NCBI GenBank assembly: GCA_003353795.1
Contig: PIVY01000001.1
Location: 16,932-80,931 of the forward strand
Source: a bacterium
GTDB lineage: Bacteria; Krumholzibacteriota; Krumholzibacteriia; LZORAL124-64-63
Length of the DNA: 64,000 nucleotides
Reading direction: 5' to 3'
Numbering within the stretch: the first letter of the stretch is position 1; every line of letters starts with the position of its first letter. The translations under genes and the position numbers were made by a program. The notes under the pieces were generated by a model that ran no database searches, had not been told where the DNA came from, and worked only from the letters and a program-made list of their open reading frames with translations. Shown here piece after piece: positions 35,499 to 45,531 of the stretch.

Positions 35499-36020
35499 AT
35501 GACCACCTGGCTCGTGCTCGCCCTGACCGTCGCCGCGGCCACCGCCACCCCGGACACCACCGAGGTGCTCCCGAGCTATGGGACCCTCGCTGTCGGAGCC
35601 GAGGCGCCCTGGATCGCGGGATGGACCGTGGAAGACGCGGTCTGGAACATCGATCAGGCGGCCGGGGCCGAGCGGACGGTCCTGGTGTTCTGGGCCACGT
35701 GGTGCGCCCCTTGCCGGGAAGGACTCGAACGCCTGGCCGCCGAATCCTCGCGTCTGGAATCGGGCGGGGTGAGGGTGGTGCTGATCAATCTGGATACGCG
35801 CCAGGCCGTGGTGACGAAATTCCTGGCGGAACAACCTTTGCCGTTCACCTGCGTTCTCGACCCCTTCCAGCTCAACACCCGCGGATTCTTCGGCCTGCCC
35901 ACCGCCGGCGCCGACACGCTGGCGTTGCCGCGCACGGTGATCCTCGACGCCGACCGCCGGGTGCTCGCCATCCTCGGAAGCGAGGGCGCCGACTACGTCG
36001 ATCTCCTGCTGCAGGAGTAG
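35499..36020 (+). CDS. TlpA-like periplasmic thioredoxin-fold thiol:disulfide oxidoreductase
   Basis: GAGGAGG precedes ATG 35499. Signal MTTWLVLALTVAAATA. Active site VLVFWATWCAPCREGL. Confidence 0.85.
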   Translation: MTTWLVLALTVAAATATPDTTEVLPSYGTLAVGAEAPWIAGWTVEDAVWNIDQAAGAERTVLVFWATWCAPCREGLERLAAESSRLESGGVRVVLINLDTRQAVVTKFLAEQPLPFTCVLDPFQLNTRGFFGLPTAGADTLALPRTVILDADRRVLAILGSEGADYVDLLLQE

Positions 36021-36039
36021 CACCCGGGCGACCCTGATC

Positions 36040-37494
36040 TCAGCCTGACACATCGATGATTCCCGGCTGACTGGAACCGGTGATGGGCATGCTGCGGCCG
36101 AGTCCCGCGCCGATGTAGGTGGGGTCGCACACCGTGAAACGGATGTCGCGCCAGGTGAAACGGTCGCCGGGCGGGTCGCCCGGCAGGGCCACGGCCGTGG
36201 CGATGTGCCCGGGATAGTCCAGTCCGACCACCTCGAGTCCCACCAGTTCGCGCACGAGCGCGGCGAAGAGGGCCGCGCGGTCCTCGCAGTCGCATGCTGG
36301 GTAGTAGAGAGCCTCGTCGGGATAGAGGTAGTCCTCGTAGCCGAACTGGTCCTGATCGGTGGCGTAGGGCAAGGCGGTCTGGACGAAATGGAGCAGCACG
36401 GCCACGCGGCCGGTGGGGTCGCGCCCCTCCAGGTCCGGGGCCAGCGCGGTGGCCAGCGAGTTCAGGGCCGGGGGCGAAATGGAGGTTCCGAAATGGCTGT
36501 CGAGGCCGGTCTGGGGGACCGAGCCCAGGAAGTCGACCAGTCGGGTGTCCAGGACCACTTCGGTCTCGCGCTGCTCGCCGTTGAGGGCCCAGTCGAGGGT
36601 GCGGATCCGGCGATCGGGTTCGGTCAACGGCAAGAGGGCGAAGTCGAAGGACAGCGGCCGCAGATCGCCGGGCGAATGGGCATCGTAGGTGCGGAGAGAT
36701 TCGGTGTCGGCGAACCGGGCTTCGGTGTCGTGAATGTAGTACGCGGTCTTCTCGCGCACGAAGAAGTGAACCTGGTACACGGCCTGCTCGGTGGCGTAGA
36801 GCACCACGAATCCGGGGCGGGAGAAGGCGAGCCTCACGTCCAGGCCGCTGCGGACCGACAGATACCAGTGCAGGAGGGCGCGGCGGGACGGATCCACCGG
36901 GTAGAAATCGTCGGCCACGGTCTCGAGCAGTCGGAAGAGACCCCAGTCGCCCAGTTGACGCTCGCGAGCCAGGGTGTCCACGGTCGTGAGCAGGTCCTGG
37001 CTGTCGATGGCGCTGAGGGCGAGCCAGGCGGCGGCGGCCGATTCGGGACTGGCCGAATCGCGGCGAAGGTCTCCGAGGCGAAGGTCGGCGGGCAGGCGGT
37101 ACACCAGCCCGAGAAACTCCACGTCCATCTCCCGCGCGGCGGGCCGAACGATCGGCGGTGGCGGTGGCGGGGTGGGTTCCGGGAGGGGGGGCAGGGGCTC
37201 CGGATCAGGGTCGGCAGACACCGCCGGAGGGGTGACCGGTTTGGGCGCCATGGGGACTTCGCGGGGTTTCGGGGCCGTGTCGCGAACCCTGCCGGCAGAC
37301 ACGTCGAACTCGCGCCATACCTCGCTCAGGAAGGCGGCAAACTCCCGATCCTGCTCCGAAACGTAGGCCTCGAACTCGTCTCGCTGATCCTGCATCCAGC
37401 GGCGCATGTCGTCGGCGCTGTCGTCTTGCTGCTGGGAAATGGCCACTGGAGCCAGGAATAGCGCAAAAATCAGGAACCGGGCGAATCTGGGCAT
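36040..37494 (-). CDS. secreted protein with Pro-rich linker and C-terminal transglutaminase-like (Cys-His-Asp) core
   Basis: Signal MPRFARFLIFALFLAPVAIS. Linker PEPLPPLPEPTPPPPPPI. C-terminal YYPACDCEDRAALFAALVRELVGLEVVGLDYPGHIATAVAL...FTVCDPTY fits the transglutaminase-core order C...H...D. Confidence 0.6.
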   Translation of the reverse strand: MPRFARFLIFALFLAPVAISQQQDDSADDMRRWMQDQRDEFEAYVSEQDREFAAFLSEVWREFDVSAGRVRDTAPKPREVPMAPKPVTPPAVSADPDPEPLPPLPEPTPPPPPPIVRPAAREMDVEFLGLVYRLPADLRLGDLRRDSASPESAAAAWLALSAIDSQDLLTTVDTLARERQLGDWGLFRLLETVADDFYPVDPSRRALLHWYLSVRSGLDVRLAFSRPGFVVLYATEQAVYQVHFFVREKTAYYIHDTEARFADTESLRTYDAHSPGDLRPLSFDFALLPLTEPDRRIRTLDWALNGEQRETEVVLDTRLVDFLGSVPQTGLDSHFGTSISPPALNSLATALAPDLEGRDPTGRVAVLLHFVQTALPYATDQDQFGYEDYLYPDEALYYPACDCEDRAALFAALVRELVGLEVVGLDYPGHIATAVALPGDPPGDRFTWRDIRFTVCDPTYIGAGLGRSMPITGSSQPGIIDVSG

Positions 37495-37556
37495 GGTTTC
37501 CCTCCTTGTCCATCCAGTATGCCCCTGACCGCCGATGTGGGCAAGCGCTGTGCACC

Positions 37557-37585
37557 TTGACTCAACCCGCAGGCACCACTAGCAT
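37557..37585 (+). promoter_or_regulatory. candidate sigma70-type promoter of the LPP20-like operon
   Basis: TTGACT (37557-37562), a 17-nt spacer, then TAGCAT (37580-37585), about 75 nt upstream of ATG 37663. Confidence 0.4.
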
Positions 37586-37662
37586 CAAGTGCGCATGACC
37601 CGTGCCGATGTCACGGACGACCCGCAGTCACGCACGCTCAAACCACATGGAGGGGCTACGCC

Positions 37663-38259
37663 ATGCGCAACGAGAATTCTATCCGGTTCGCATTTGCTGC
37701 CACCCTGCTGCTTGCGACCGGTCTGCTGCTGTCCGGCTGTGGCGGCGGCGACGACGTCGAGACCGATCCGGGCAACTACGTTTCCGAGGAGTTCGCGGGA
37801 GCTCCCCAGTGGGTGATCAACGGCCGCGGCGACGATGGCGACAAGATCTACGGACTGGGATCGGCCAGTGGCAGCCGCGACGTCGGCCTGCTCCGCGACA
37901 CCGCCCTCGCCCGGGCCCGCAACGACATCGTCCTGAGGATCCAGGCCGAGGTGCGGTCGCTGCTCGAGAGCTACCAGGCCAGCACCACGGGTGGCTCGGA
38001 GTACGGCGAGGCCGCCAACGACGAGCAGCACATCGAGAACATGGTGGCCCAGGTGGCCAAGATGGACATCTCCGGCGCCGGCATGGAGACCCAGTGGATC
38101 TCCAAGACCGAGACCATGTGGGTCCTCGCCTCGGTGGACATGGAGGAGTTCGCCCGCAAGGTCGATCAGATGTCCCAGCTCAACGAGCAGGTTCGTCGCG
38201 ACGTGGTCGAACGCGCCCGCGAGGGGCAGGGGCGGCTGTGGGAGAAGACCGAGGATTGA
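37663..38259 (+). CDS. LPP20-family lipoprotein
   Basis: Lipobox GLLLSGCGG. FAGAPQWVINGRG...GLGSASG...TALARARNDIVLRIQAEVRSLLESY...MWVLASVD parallels H. pylori Lpp20 (GAPDWV..., AKARANLAANL..., VFVLVGLD). Confidence 0.75.
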   Translation: MRNENSIRFAFAATLLLATGLLLSGCGGGDDVETDPGNYVSEEFAGAPQWVINGRGDDGDKIYGLGSASGSRDVGLLRDTALARARNDIVLRIQAEVRSLLESYQASTTGGSEYGEAANDEQHIENMVAQVAKMDISGAGMETQWISKTETMWVLASVDMEEFARKVDQMSQLNEQVRRDVVERAREGQGRLWEKTED

Positions 38260-38280
38260 TCGAAGGACACGCTGAACGTC

Positions 38281-39375
38281 ATGCGAACCCTCGATAGCCG
38301 ATTCCGGTGGGGCCTGCTTCACCGACTGGTCGCGACCGCCGCCGTGGTGGTCGCGACCGCCGGTATGCTCGCCCTCGTGGGTTGCGGTGGTTCCGGCGGC
38401 GGCAATGTGCATTCTGCTCCGCAGACGGTCTATCCGGACGAGCATTACCTGGTGGCCGTCGGCACCAGCACCGAGAGCATGGAGGACGCCGAGAATCGCG
38501 CGCGCCAGGCCATCGCGGCCCAGGTGCGGTCGACCCTCGACTCCCAGATCGACACGAGGGTCGATTCCGAGATCGCCGACGGATTCGAGACCTACACCGC
38601 ATCCACCCGCCAGACCATGCAGCAGCAGGCGACCTTTTCCCACGCCGAGCTCATCAAGGTCGACCTCGAGAGCCGGCGTGAGCGCGACGGCGTCTACGAG
38701 GTCGTCGCCTATCTGCCGCGACGGGAATCCGGCCAGGTGCTGCGTCGCGACTACGATGCAGCAGCCTCGGCGCTGGGGCGCCAGGCCGACGCCGTGGACG
38801 CCGTGCCCCAGGGGGACCTACCCACCTTCGCCGCTGCCTACTCCGAGGCCAACGAGAGCTGGACCGAACTGCACCAGCGGGCCATGGAACTCTGGGCGGT
38901 GACCGGCAACCCGCCGGCCAGCTTCCGCCAGGATCAGGATCGATGGGATGCCGTGGAGCGGCGCCGCATGGATTTCCTGGACGGCGTGAAGGTGTCGTTC
39001 TCGTTGCTGGATGTCCGCCCGGCCGGCGATCACCTCGACGACGCATACCTGCGTCAGGAATTCGGCGAAGCGCTGACGGACCTCGGTCTGACCATCCGCG
39101 GCGACAACTGTGGTGCCGGCGACTACCTGGTGGAACTGCAGCCGCGGTTGCACTACCAGGGCGTCATCGGCGTGGTCTGTCGCCTGGACTTCGCCGGGCG
39201 CCTGGTGGAATGCGAGTCGGGACATTCCTGGAACCTTCACCTGCAGGACGACGGTTTCGTGGGAGAGGGCTCCAACACCTACGCCGCCCGCAAGGGTGCC
39301 GAGGCCGCCGTGAACGCTGATGTGCTGGCGCCCCTTCTGGCCAGGGCACTCGACGAGAGCCTTCCTGTTCGCTGA
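38281..39375 (+). CDS. LPP20-like lipoprotein with extra C-terminal domain
   Basis: Lipobox MLALVGCGG. YLVAVGTSTESMEDAENRARQAIAAQVRSTLDSQID...VYEVVAYL (LPP20-like core), followed by about 200 aa of unknown domain. Confidence 0.6.
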   Translation: MRTLDSRFRWGLLHRLVATAAVVVATAGMLALVGCGGSGGGNVHSAPQTVYPDEHYLVAVGTSTESMEDAENRARQAIAAQVRSTLDSQIDTRVDSEIADGFETYTASTRQTMQQQATFSHAELIKVDLESRRERDGVYEVVAYLPRRESGQVLRRDYDAAASALGRQADAVDAVPQGDLPTFAAAYSEANESWTELHQRAMELWAVTGNPPASFRQDQDRWDAVERRRMDFLDGVKVSFSLLDVRPAGDHLDDAYLRQEFGEALTDLGLTIRGDNCGAGDYLVELQPRLHYQGVIGVVCRLDFAGRLVECESGHSWNLHLQDDGFVGEGSNTYAARKGAEAAVNADVLAPLLARALDESLPVR

Positions 39376-39390
39376 ACCATCGCCGCACCT

Positions 39391-40347
39391 GTGAGGACAC
39401 TCGACGTGACGCGACCGAATCCGGTTCGAAATCTCCTGATCCCGCTGTTGGTGGTCTGCTCGGCGCTGGCCAGTTGCGGCAGTTCCGACACGGTGCCACT
39501 GCAGCCGGTCGACGACAATCCCTTCAGGGTTCACGCCATCGGTGGCGATGCGAGCCTCGAGGTGGTCACCTGGAATCTCCACAATTTTCCCAACGATTCC
39601 GGGTCTGACGAGATCGCGCTCGTGGCCCAGGCCATCGCGGGAATGGGGGCGGACGTCGTCGCGCTCCAGGAGATCGCGAATTCGAATCGGTTCCCGGAAC
39701 TGATGGAGCAATTGCCGGACTGGTCGAGCTATCAGGCGGTGTCCGACAACTACCAGAATCTGGCCTACGTCTGGCTCGACAGCACGGTGAGCGTGACCCG
39801 GGTCAGCGAGCTCTTCACCAACGACTATCGGCCGCTGCCCCGCTCGCCGCTGGTCCTGGAGATCACCTGGCAGGGCCACGACGTGGTGCTGATCAACAAT
39901 CACCTGAAGTGCTGCGGTGATGGGGTGCTCGATCGGGACGATACCGACGACGAGGAGAACCGCCGCTGGGTCGCCTGCCAGATGATGGAGGAGTGGATCG
40001 CCACCGAGCATCCCGACGATGCGGTGATCCTTCTCGGCGACCTCAACGACCACCTGACCGACTCGGCCCAGCACAACGTGTTCGCGCCGTTCCTGGACCG
40101 CCCCGAGAGCTACCGCTTCGCCGACATGGCCGTGGCCACGGGCCCTCCTGCCGGCTGGTCCTGGGGCCCGGCGCAGAGCCACCTCGATCACCTCCTGGTG
40201 ACCGACGAACTGTTCGCCGCCCTGACCGCCGACGGGGCGGCCTGCTACACCCTGCGGATCGACAACGTCATGGACGGGCAGTTTCGAAACCTGGTGAGCG
40301 ACCACTTGCCGGTGGGCCTGGTCCTGCCGGGCGCGGCGCTCCCCTGA
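39391..40347 (+). CDS. endonuclease/exonuclease/phosphatase (EEP)-family lipoprotein
   Basis: Lipobox SALASCGSS. VVTWNLHNF, ADVVALQEI, LINNHLKC, ILLGDLND, LDHLLV and SDHLPVGL are the EEP catalytic blocks. GTG 39391 (GTG 39406 possible). Confidence 0.8.
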   Translation: MRTLDVTRPNPVRNLLIPLLVVCSALASCGSSDTVPLQPVDDNPFRVHAIGGDASLEVVTWNLHNFPNDSGSDEIALVAQAIAGMGADVVALQEIANSNRFPELMEQLPDWSSYQAVSDNYQNLAYVWLDSTVSVTRVSELFTNDYRPLPRSPLVLEITWQGHDVVLINNHLKCCGDGVLDRDDTDDEENRRWVACQMMEEWIATEHPDDAVILLGDLNDHLTDSAQHNVFAPFLDRPESYRFADMAVATGPPAGWSWGPAQSHLDHLLVTDELFAALTADGAACYTLRIDNVMDGQFRNLVSDHLPVGLVLPGAALP

Positions 40348-40348
40348 T

Positions 40349-42178
40349 CTACCGGAAGACCAGCCCGATGCGCCAGTGGGTGTATCGGTAGAACTGCTCG
40401 TACTCGCCGGTGACCCGGGGTCCGTAGACGACCGTTCCATCCTGCTTCCAGACCAGCTGGTCGTCGTATTCCAGCTTCATGTCGACCCGGTTGAATCCCA
40501 CTTCCAGGAAGAGCGAGGGGCCGCCGTCGTCCCGACCGCCGTATCCCGGTTCCCAGCCGAATCCCCAGCCGTAGATCCAGGTACCCGGGGCGATGTCCGC
40601 CGGCAGGTAGAGGTCGGGCGCCTCGGGAGGATCGTTCACGGCCTCGGCGCCGAGGGCTACCTGTCCGAATCCCATGGCCCCGAACGCGTGGATGTAGATG
40701 GACGGGTTGCCGATGAGATGCCACTTCAGGCCGAGGCCGACCCGGTGGAAGAGGAATGGCCTGGGCTCCTGGTTCTCGTCGTCGCCGGCCACGTGGTGGT
40801 TGCCGCTGCTGAGAGCTCCGTAAAGCAGGCCGAACTGGATGCTGCGGCTGCGGCGTAACCACAGGCTGGCGCTGAAGCCCCAGGTGAAGTCCTGATAGAG
40901 GGGCAGGTCGGGTTCGGGATCGGTGGTCGCGTCGAACGCCAGGTCGAATCCCAAGCGATTGAACGACTGGCTCTTCTTCGCCGAAGTGGTTTCCAGTTCC
41001 ACGTCCAGGGTCTCGACCGCGTTCTCCTCGATCTGCACCGTGCCGCTCCAGCGGCCGTTCGCGTGCTCGATCTCCACGCCGTATCGGCCGACCAGCAGGG
41101 TGAATCGATCGGGTGCGTGGCCGAGGCGACGTCCGTCCACCGTGACCATGGCCGAGATCGAATCGCCGTCCTCGTCGCGGGCGCGGACCGCGAGGTATCC
41201 TTCGCGCGCCGACGGCGTAAACTCCAGGATCCGGGCCTCGCCGGAGGACATGACCAAGTGGTCGCCCATCTCGTGATATCGCGGATCGACGATGCGCACG
41301 GTGTGCGGACCCGGCCGCAGGGGCCAGCGGTGAATGGGAGTGCGCCCGATGGAGCGGTCGTCCACCACCACGGCCAGGTCGGGCGGCGTGGAAATGACGT
41401 CGAGCACACCGAACTCCGGCGTGAGCGCCCGTTCCAGGCGCAGTCTGCCGACGGAGGCCGACACGTGCAGGGTCTCGATCCACGGTTCGTGATCGGCGAG
41501 GTCCAGCGCCAGTTCGTGGGTACCGGGGTCAACGTCCACCATGCAGGGCGTCGCGTGGCTGTGAGGCTCTCCGTCGATCCGGACGTCGGCGCCCGGGGGA
41601 TCGGTGATCACCTCGAGCTCCACGGTACGGAAAACGCCGGGTTGTTCGGTCGCCACGGCGATGGGCAAGGTCGCGAACACTGCGGCGGCGGCGGTGGTCA
41701 CCGCGGCCTCGAGTTCCAGGGGATCGGCCCCACCCACGCGCCGCATGACCAGCAGGTTGGCTTCCTCGGTGGCGTACAGCGAGAGGATGACTCGCAACTC
41801 GCCGCCGAAGTGGACCACCTGGCCGGTGACCACGTAGTGCGCGCCGAGGCGTCGCCCGGTCTCCACGGCGCAGTCACCGACACATTCGCTGAGCCGGGTG
41901 CCCGGCGGCAACAGCTCCAGGATGCTGTCACGCGTCATCACGATGGACTGTTCGGGCGGAAGAGCCAGGCGGGCTTCCGAGCGGACCACGTCGGCGAGAT
42001 AGCTCACGGCATGGGGGTCGAGGGTGGAGAGGTTCTCGAAATCGAGCACCGCGACCCGTACGCGTTCCGGCGGGGCGTCGGCGACGCCCTGAGCCGAAGA
42101 GAGCGAGACGAGGAACGAGAATGAGACCAGGAGCGCCGCCAGCAGGCAGGCGGACCATACGGCGCCGGGGCGAGTCAT
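40349..42178 (-). CDS. secreted PEGA-repeat protein with an N-terminal FlgO/LpoB-like domain and a C-terminal beta-barrel-like region
   Basis: Signal MTRPGAVWSACLLAALLVSFSFLVSLSSAQG. VRVAVLDFENLS...CVGDCAVETGRRLGAHYVVTGQV. PEGA-like TDPPGADVRIDGEP...TPC and STPPDLAVVVDDRSIGRTP. The C-terminal 200 aa have alternating aromatic/Gly strands. Confidence 0.65.
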   Translation of the reverse strand: MTRPGAVWSACLLAALLVSFSFLVSLSSAQGVADAPPERVRVAVLDFENLSTLDPHAVSYLADVVRSEARLALPPEQSIVMTRDSILELLPPGTRLSECVGDCAVETGRRLGAHYVVTGQVVHFGGELRVILSLYATEEANLLVMRRVGGADPLELEAAVTTAAAAVFATLPIAVATEQPGVFRTVELEVITDPPGADVRIDGEPHSHATPCMVDVDPGTHELALDLADHEPWIETLHVSASVGRLRLERALTPEFGVLDVISTPPDLAVVVDDRSIGRTPIHRWPLRPGPHTVRIVDPRYHEMGDHLVMSSGEARILEFTPSAREGYLAVRARDEDGDSISAMVTVDGRRLGHAPDRFTLLVGRYGVEIEHANGRWSGTVQIEENAVETLDVELETTSAKKSQSFNRLGFDLAFDATTDPEPDLPLYQDFTWGFSASLWLRRSRSIQFGLLYGALSSGNHHVAGDDENQEPRPFLFHRVGLGLKWHLIGNPSIYIHAFGAMGFGQVALGAEAVNDPPEAPDLYLPADIAPGTWIYGWGFGWEPGYGGRDDGGPSLFLEVGFNRVDMKLEYDDQLVWKQDGTVVYGPRVTGEYEQFYRYTHWRIGLVFR

Positions 42179-42274
42179 GGGCGACCATCCGGAGCTGAGG
42201 GTGACGCGGCGCGGGGGATGTTCATGATAGGGGATCCCGGCGTCGCCGGAAACCCCCGATTCACGGCGGGTGGG

Positions 42275-43213
42275 TCAGTCTTTCTGCCAGGGTAGCGTGA
42301 TCCCCAGTTCCTGAGCCTTCGTTTCGAGCTCCGCGCGTTCGCGGTGGCGGACGAGATCGCCGGTCTTGGCCGACATCTTGAGCCAGCCTGCTTCGTCCGC
42401 GATGGCCCGGGCCTCGTCCCTGCGACCCTGACCGGCCTCGGCGAGAATCCGGCGTTCGACGCGCGAAAGGCTCAGCGAACCGAAGCGGTAGTCCTGGAAC
42501 GCTTCCCAGGTGATGGGCACCCAGCGGGCGGCGATCTGGTCGCCGATCACGGTGGCATAGTCGCGGATCTCCTGCTGGGCGTGGCTGTCCATGCGCAGGG
42601 CGAGGAAGTGCAGGAGGTTGTGCAGGTCGATCTTCCAGTAGGCCTCGGTGTAGGTGCAGAGCGGCAGGTCCTTGCGGGCCTGTTCGCGGGCCACGCCCTG
42701 CTCGAGACGCTCGTCATACACGGCGCGGATACGGTCCTGGAGGTCCGCCTCCTGCTGGGTGAGCATGGCGCCGGCGTCGGGAGCGAGTTCGCCGTCGCTG
42801 CCCTGGCGGTTGTTCGCCGCCTGGATCCGCCATTGCTCGGGCGCGGTGCGCTGGGCACGGTCGATGGCGATGGAGTACCGAGTGCTGGTCTCGTTGACCG
42901 ACGCCGTGCGGTGCCGGATCCACTGACGCCAGGCATCCATGGGCACCCGTACGTGGAGCTTGATCTCGCACATCTCGAACGGCGTGGTGTGACGGTGCCG
43001 AAGCAAGTAGCGGATGAGCCCGCGATCGTCGGAGACCTTCTTGGTGCCCTCGCCGTAACTCACGCGCGCGGCCTGCACGACGGCGGCGTCGTCGCCCATG
43101 TAGTCGACCACGCGGACGAAGCCGTCGTCGAGGACCGGGAAGGCCAGGCCGAGGATCTCGTCGAGGGCGGCAACGTGGATGCGCTGGAGGCGTTCGGCAT
43201 TCTGTTCCGGCAT
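42275..43213 (-). CDS. thyX: flavin-dependent thymidylate synthase
   Basis: ThyX motif RHRTASVNETSTRY plus LLRHRHTTPFE. ATG 43213. At 312 aa it is longer than typical because of a C-terminal tail of about 60 aa. Confidence 0.9.
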   Translation of the reverse strand: MPEQNAERLQRIHVAALDEILGLAFPVLDDGFVRVVDYMGDDAAVVQAARVSYGEGTKKVSDDRGLIRYLLRHRHTTPFEMCEIKLHVRVPMDAWRQWIRHRTASVNETSTRYSIAIDRAQRTAPEQWRIQAANNRQGSDGELAPDAGAMLTQQEADLQDRIRAVYDERLEQGVAREQARKDLPLCTYTEAYWKIDLHNLLHFLALRMDSHAQQEIRDYATVIGDQIAARWVPITWEAFQDYRFGSLSLSRVERRILAEAGQGRRDEARAIADEAGWLKMSAKTGDLVRHRERAELETKAQELGITLPWQKD

Positions 43214-43294
43214 GGGTCGCGTCCTTGCGGCGATGGTCAGATCTTGGCGGCCGCAGCACGATACCACGGCCATGATCGCGAGAAAAGAGCGCCT

Positions 43295-45331
43295 CTAGAA
43301 CGCCCCGTCGATGGCTGCGTCGACCACGGTATCTTCGGCGTGCTCGGCCAAGGTCACCCGCAGGAGTGGATCGCGGTCCATGGCCTGCGCGATGGCGAAC
43401 TCGGCCGGCGAGTTCCGAGCCCAGGCGCGCCGGGCGATGCCGTTGTTCACGTCCCAGTTGAGCATCAGGTTCAGGCGCCGACCGGCATCGTCCGAGCCGT
43501 CGAGAACCATGCCGAAGCCGCCATTGACGACCTCGCCCCAGCCCACGCCGCCGCCGTTGTGGAGCGACACCCAGGTGGCGCCGCGGAAGCTGTCGCCGAT
43601 ACAGTTCTGCACCGCCATGTCGGCGGTGAACATGCTGCCGTCGGTGATGTTGGCGGTCTCGCGGAAGGGACTGTCGGTGCCCGAGACGTCGTGGTGGTCA
43701 CGGCCCAGGACGATGGGTGCGGAGATCTCGCCCGACGCGATGGCGCGGTTGAACGCCGCGGCGATCTGCCGACGTCCCTGCTCGTCGCTGTAGAGGATGC
43801 GTGCCTGCGAGCCCACCACCATGCGGTTCTCGCCGGCCTGGCGGATCCAGCGCAGGTTGTCGAGGTATTGCTGGCGCGTCTCGGGCGGCGCAGCGGCGGC
43901 CAGTTCTTCGATGACGTCGCCGGCGATACGGTCGCTCACGACGAGGTCCTCGGCCTTGCCGCTGGCGCAGACCCAGCGGAACGGTCCGAAGCCGTAGTCG
44001 AAGCACAGGGGCCCCATGATGTCCTCGACGTAACTGGGATAGGTGAAACGACCGTCGGGCTTGGCGATGTCGGCGCCGGCGCGTGAGCACTCGAGCAAGA
44101 AGGCGTTGCCGTAGTCCCAGAAATGAAGGCCACGCTGTTTCGCCAGCTTGTCGACGGCGCCGATGTGGCGCATGAGCGAGGTCTGGACCCGCTCCTTGAA
44201 GCCCTCGGGGTCCCGCACCATCATGGCGTTCGACTCATCCAGCGACATGCCCGCCGGATAGTAGCCGCCGGTGTAGGGGATGTGCAGGGAGGTCTGGTCG
44301 CTGCCCAGTTCCACCTCGACGTCGCTGGCCAGCAGCGCTTCCCACAGGTCGACCACGTTGCCGAGGTAGGCCAGCGCAACGGCTTCGCGGTTCTTCTTGG
44401 CGTGCTCGATACGCACAAGCAGCGCGCCCACGTCCTCGTGGATCTCGTCGACCCAGCCCTGCTCGTGGCGCTTGTAGGCCGCGGCGGGGTTGATCTCGGC
44501 GATCACGCCGATGCAGCCGGCGATCACGGCCGCCTTGCCCTGCGCCCCGCTCATGCCGCCGAGTCCACTGGTGACGTAGACCTTGCCGGCCAGGGGATGG
44601 TCGCCCTCGCCGGACAGGTACCGGCGGCCGGCGCCCAGGATCGTGATGGTCGTGCCATGTACGATTCCTTGCGGACCGATGTACATGAAGCTGCCCGCGG
44701 TCATCTGTCCGTAGCTCGTCACGCCGAGGGCGGCCATGCGGGTGTAGTCGTCGCCGGAGCTGTGATTGGGGATGACCATGCCGTTGGTCACCACGACCCG
44801 GGGCGCGTCGGGATGCGACGGGAACAGGCCGAGGGGATGCCCCGAGTACATGACCAGCGTCTGCTCCTCGGTCATCTCGCTCAGATAGCGCATGGTGAGC
44901 AGATACTGCGCCCAGTTCTGGAAGACCGTGCCGTTGCCGCCGTAGGTGACCAGTTCGTAGGGGTGCTGCGCCACAGCGGGATCCAGATTGTTCTGGATCA
45001 TGAGCATGATGGCGGCAGCCTGCCGGCACCGCGCGGGGTACTCGTCGATGGGCCGCGCGCGCATGGCGTAGGTCGGCCGGAAACGATGCATGTAGATGCG
45101 GCCGTGCTCCTTCAACTCGCCGGCGAACTCGGGCGCGAGGTCGGCGTGCATGGCGGCCGGGAAGTAGCGCAACGCGTTGTGAAGAGCCAGCCGTTTCTCG
45201 TCGTCCGATAGCAGCATGGGGCGTTCGGGGGCGCGGCTGATGGTCGCATCGCACGCCGGCGCGGCGGGCATGGCCGCGGGGATGCCCTGGCGGATCTGGT
45301 CCTGGAACTGGCTCGCGGACAGGTCGTTCAC
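43295..45331 (-). CDS. hutU: urocanate hydratase (long form)
   Basis: GTG 45331 is preceded by AGGAGG. YGGNGTVFQNWAQY, SGLGGMSGAQGKA, IVLGRDHHDVSGTDSPFRET and VSLHNGGGVGWGE are urocanase blocks. Confidence 0.9.
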   Translation of the reverse strand: MNDLSASQFQDQIRQGIPAAMPAAPACDATISRAPERPMLLSDDEKRLALHNALRYFPAAMHADLAPEFAGELKEHGRIYMHRFRPTYAMRARPIDEYPARCRQAAAIMLMIQNNLDPAVAQHPYELVTYGGNGTVFQNWAQYLLTMRYLSEMTEEQTLVMYSGHPLGLFPSHPDAPRVVVTNGMVIPNHSSGDDYTRMAALGVTSYGQMTAGSFMYIGPQGIVHGTTITILGAGRRYLSGEGDHPLAGKVYVTSGLGGMSGAQGKAAVIAGCIGVIAEINPAAAYKRHEQGWVDEIHEDVGALLVRIEHAKKNREAVALAYLGNVVDLWEALLASDVEVELGSDQTSLHIPYTGGYYPAGMSLDESNAMMVRDPEGFKERVQTSLMRHIGAVDKLAKQRGLHFWDYGNAFLLECSRAGADIAKPDGRFTYPSYVEDIMGPLCFDYGFGPFRWVCASGKAEDLVVSDRIAGDVIEELAAAAPPETRQQYLDNLRWIRQAGENRMVVGSQARILYSDEQGRRQIAAAFNRAIASGEISAPIVLGRDHHDVSGTDSPFRETANITDGSMFTADMAVQNCIGDSFRGATWVSLHNGGGVGWGEVVNGGFGMVLDGSDDAGRRLNLMLNWDVNNGIARRAWARNSPAEFAIAQAMDRDPLLRVTLAEHAEDTVVDAAIDGAF

Positions 45332-45531
45332 GTCGGTCCTCCTGGCTGGATCGTCTCGACCGGCAACATAGCAAACGGCCCTGGCGGCCGAAAGGACTTC
45401 TGCCGCGATCCGGAGGAGGCCGGCGTGCGGGGACTCGGGGCCGGGGGGTTGCCTTCGGCATCCCGAATACCGTATCCTTGAGGTACGGGATTGCCACCCC
45501 TGATTCCCAACCCCTGGGAAAGGTCCATGAC

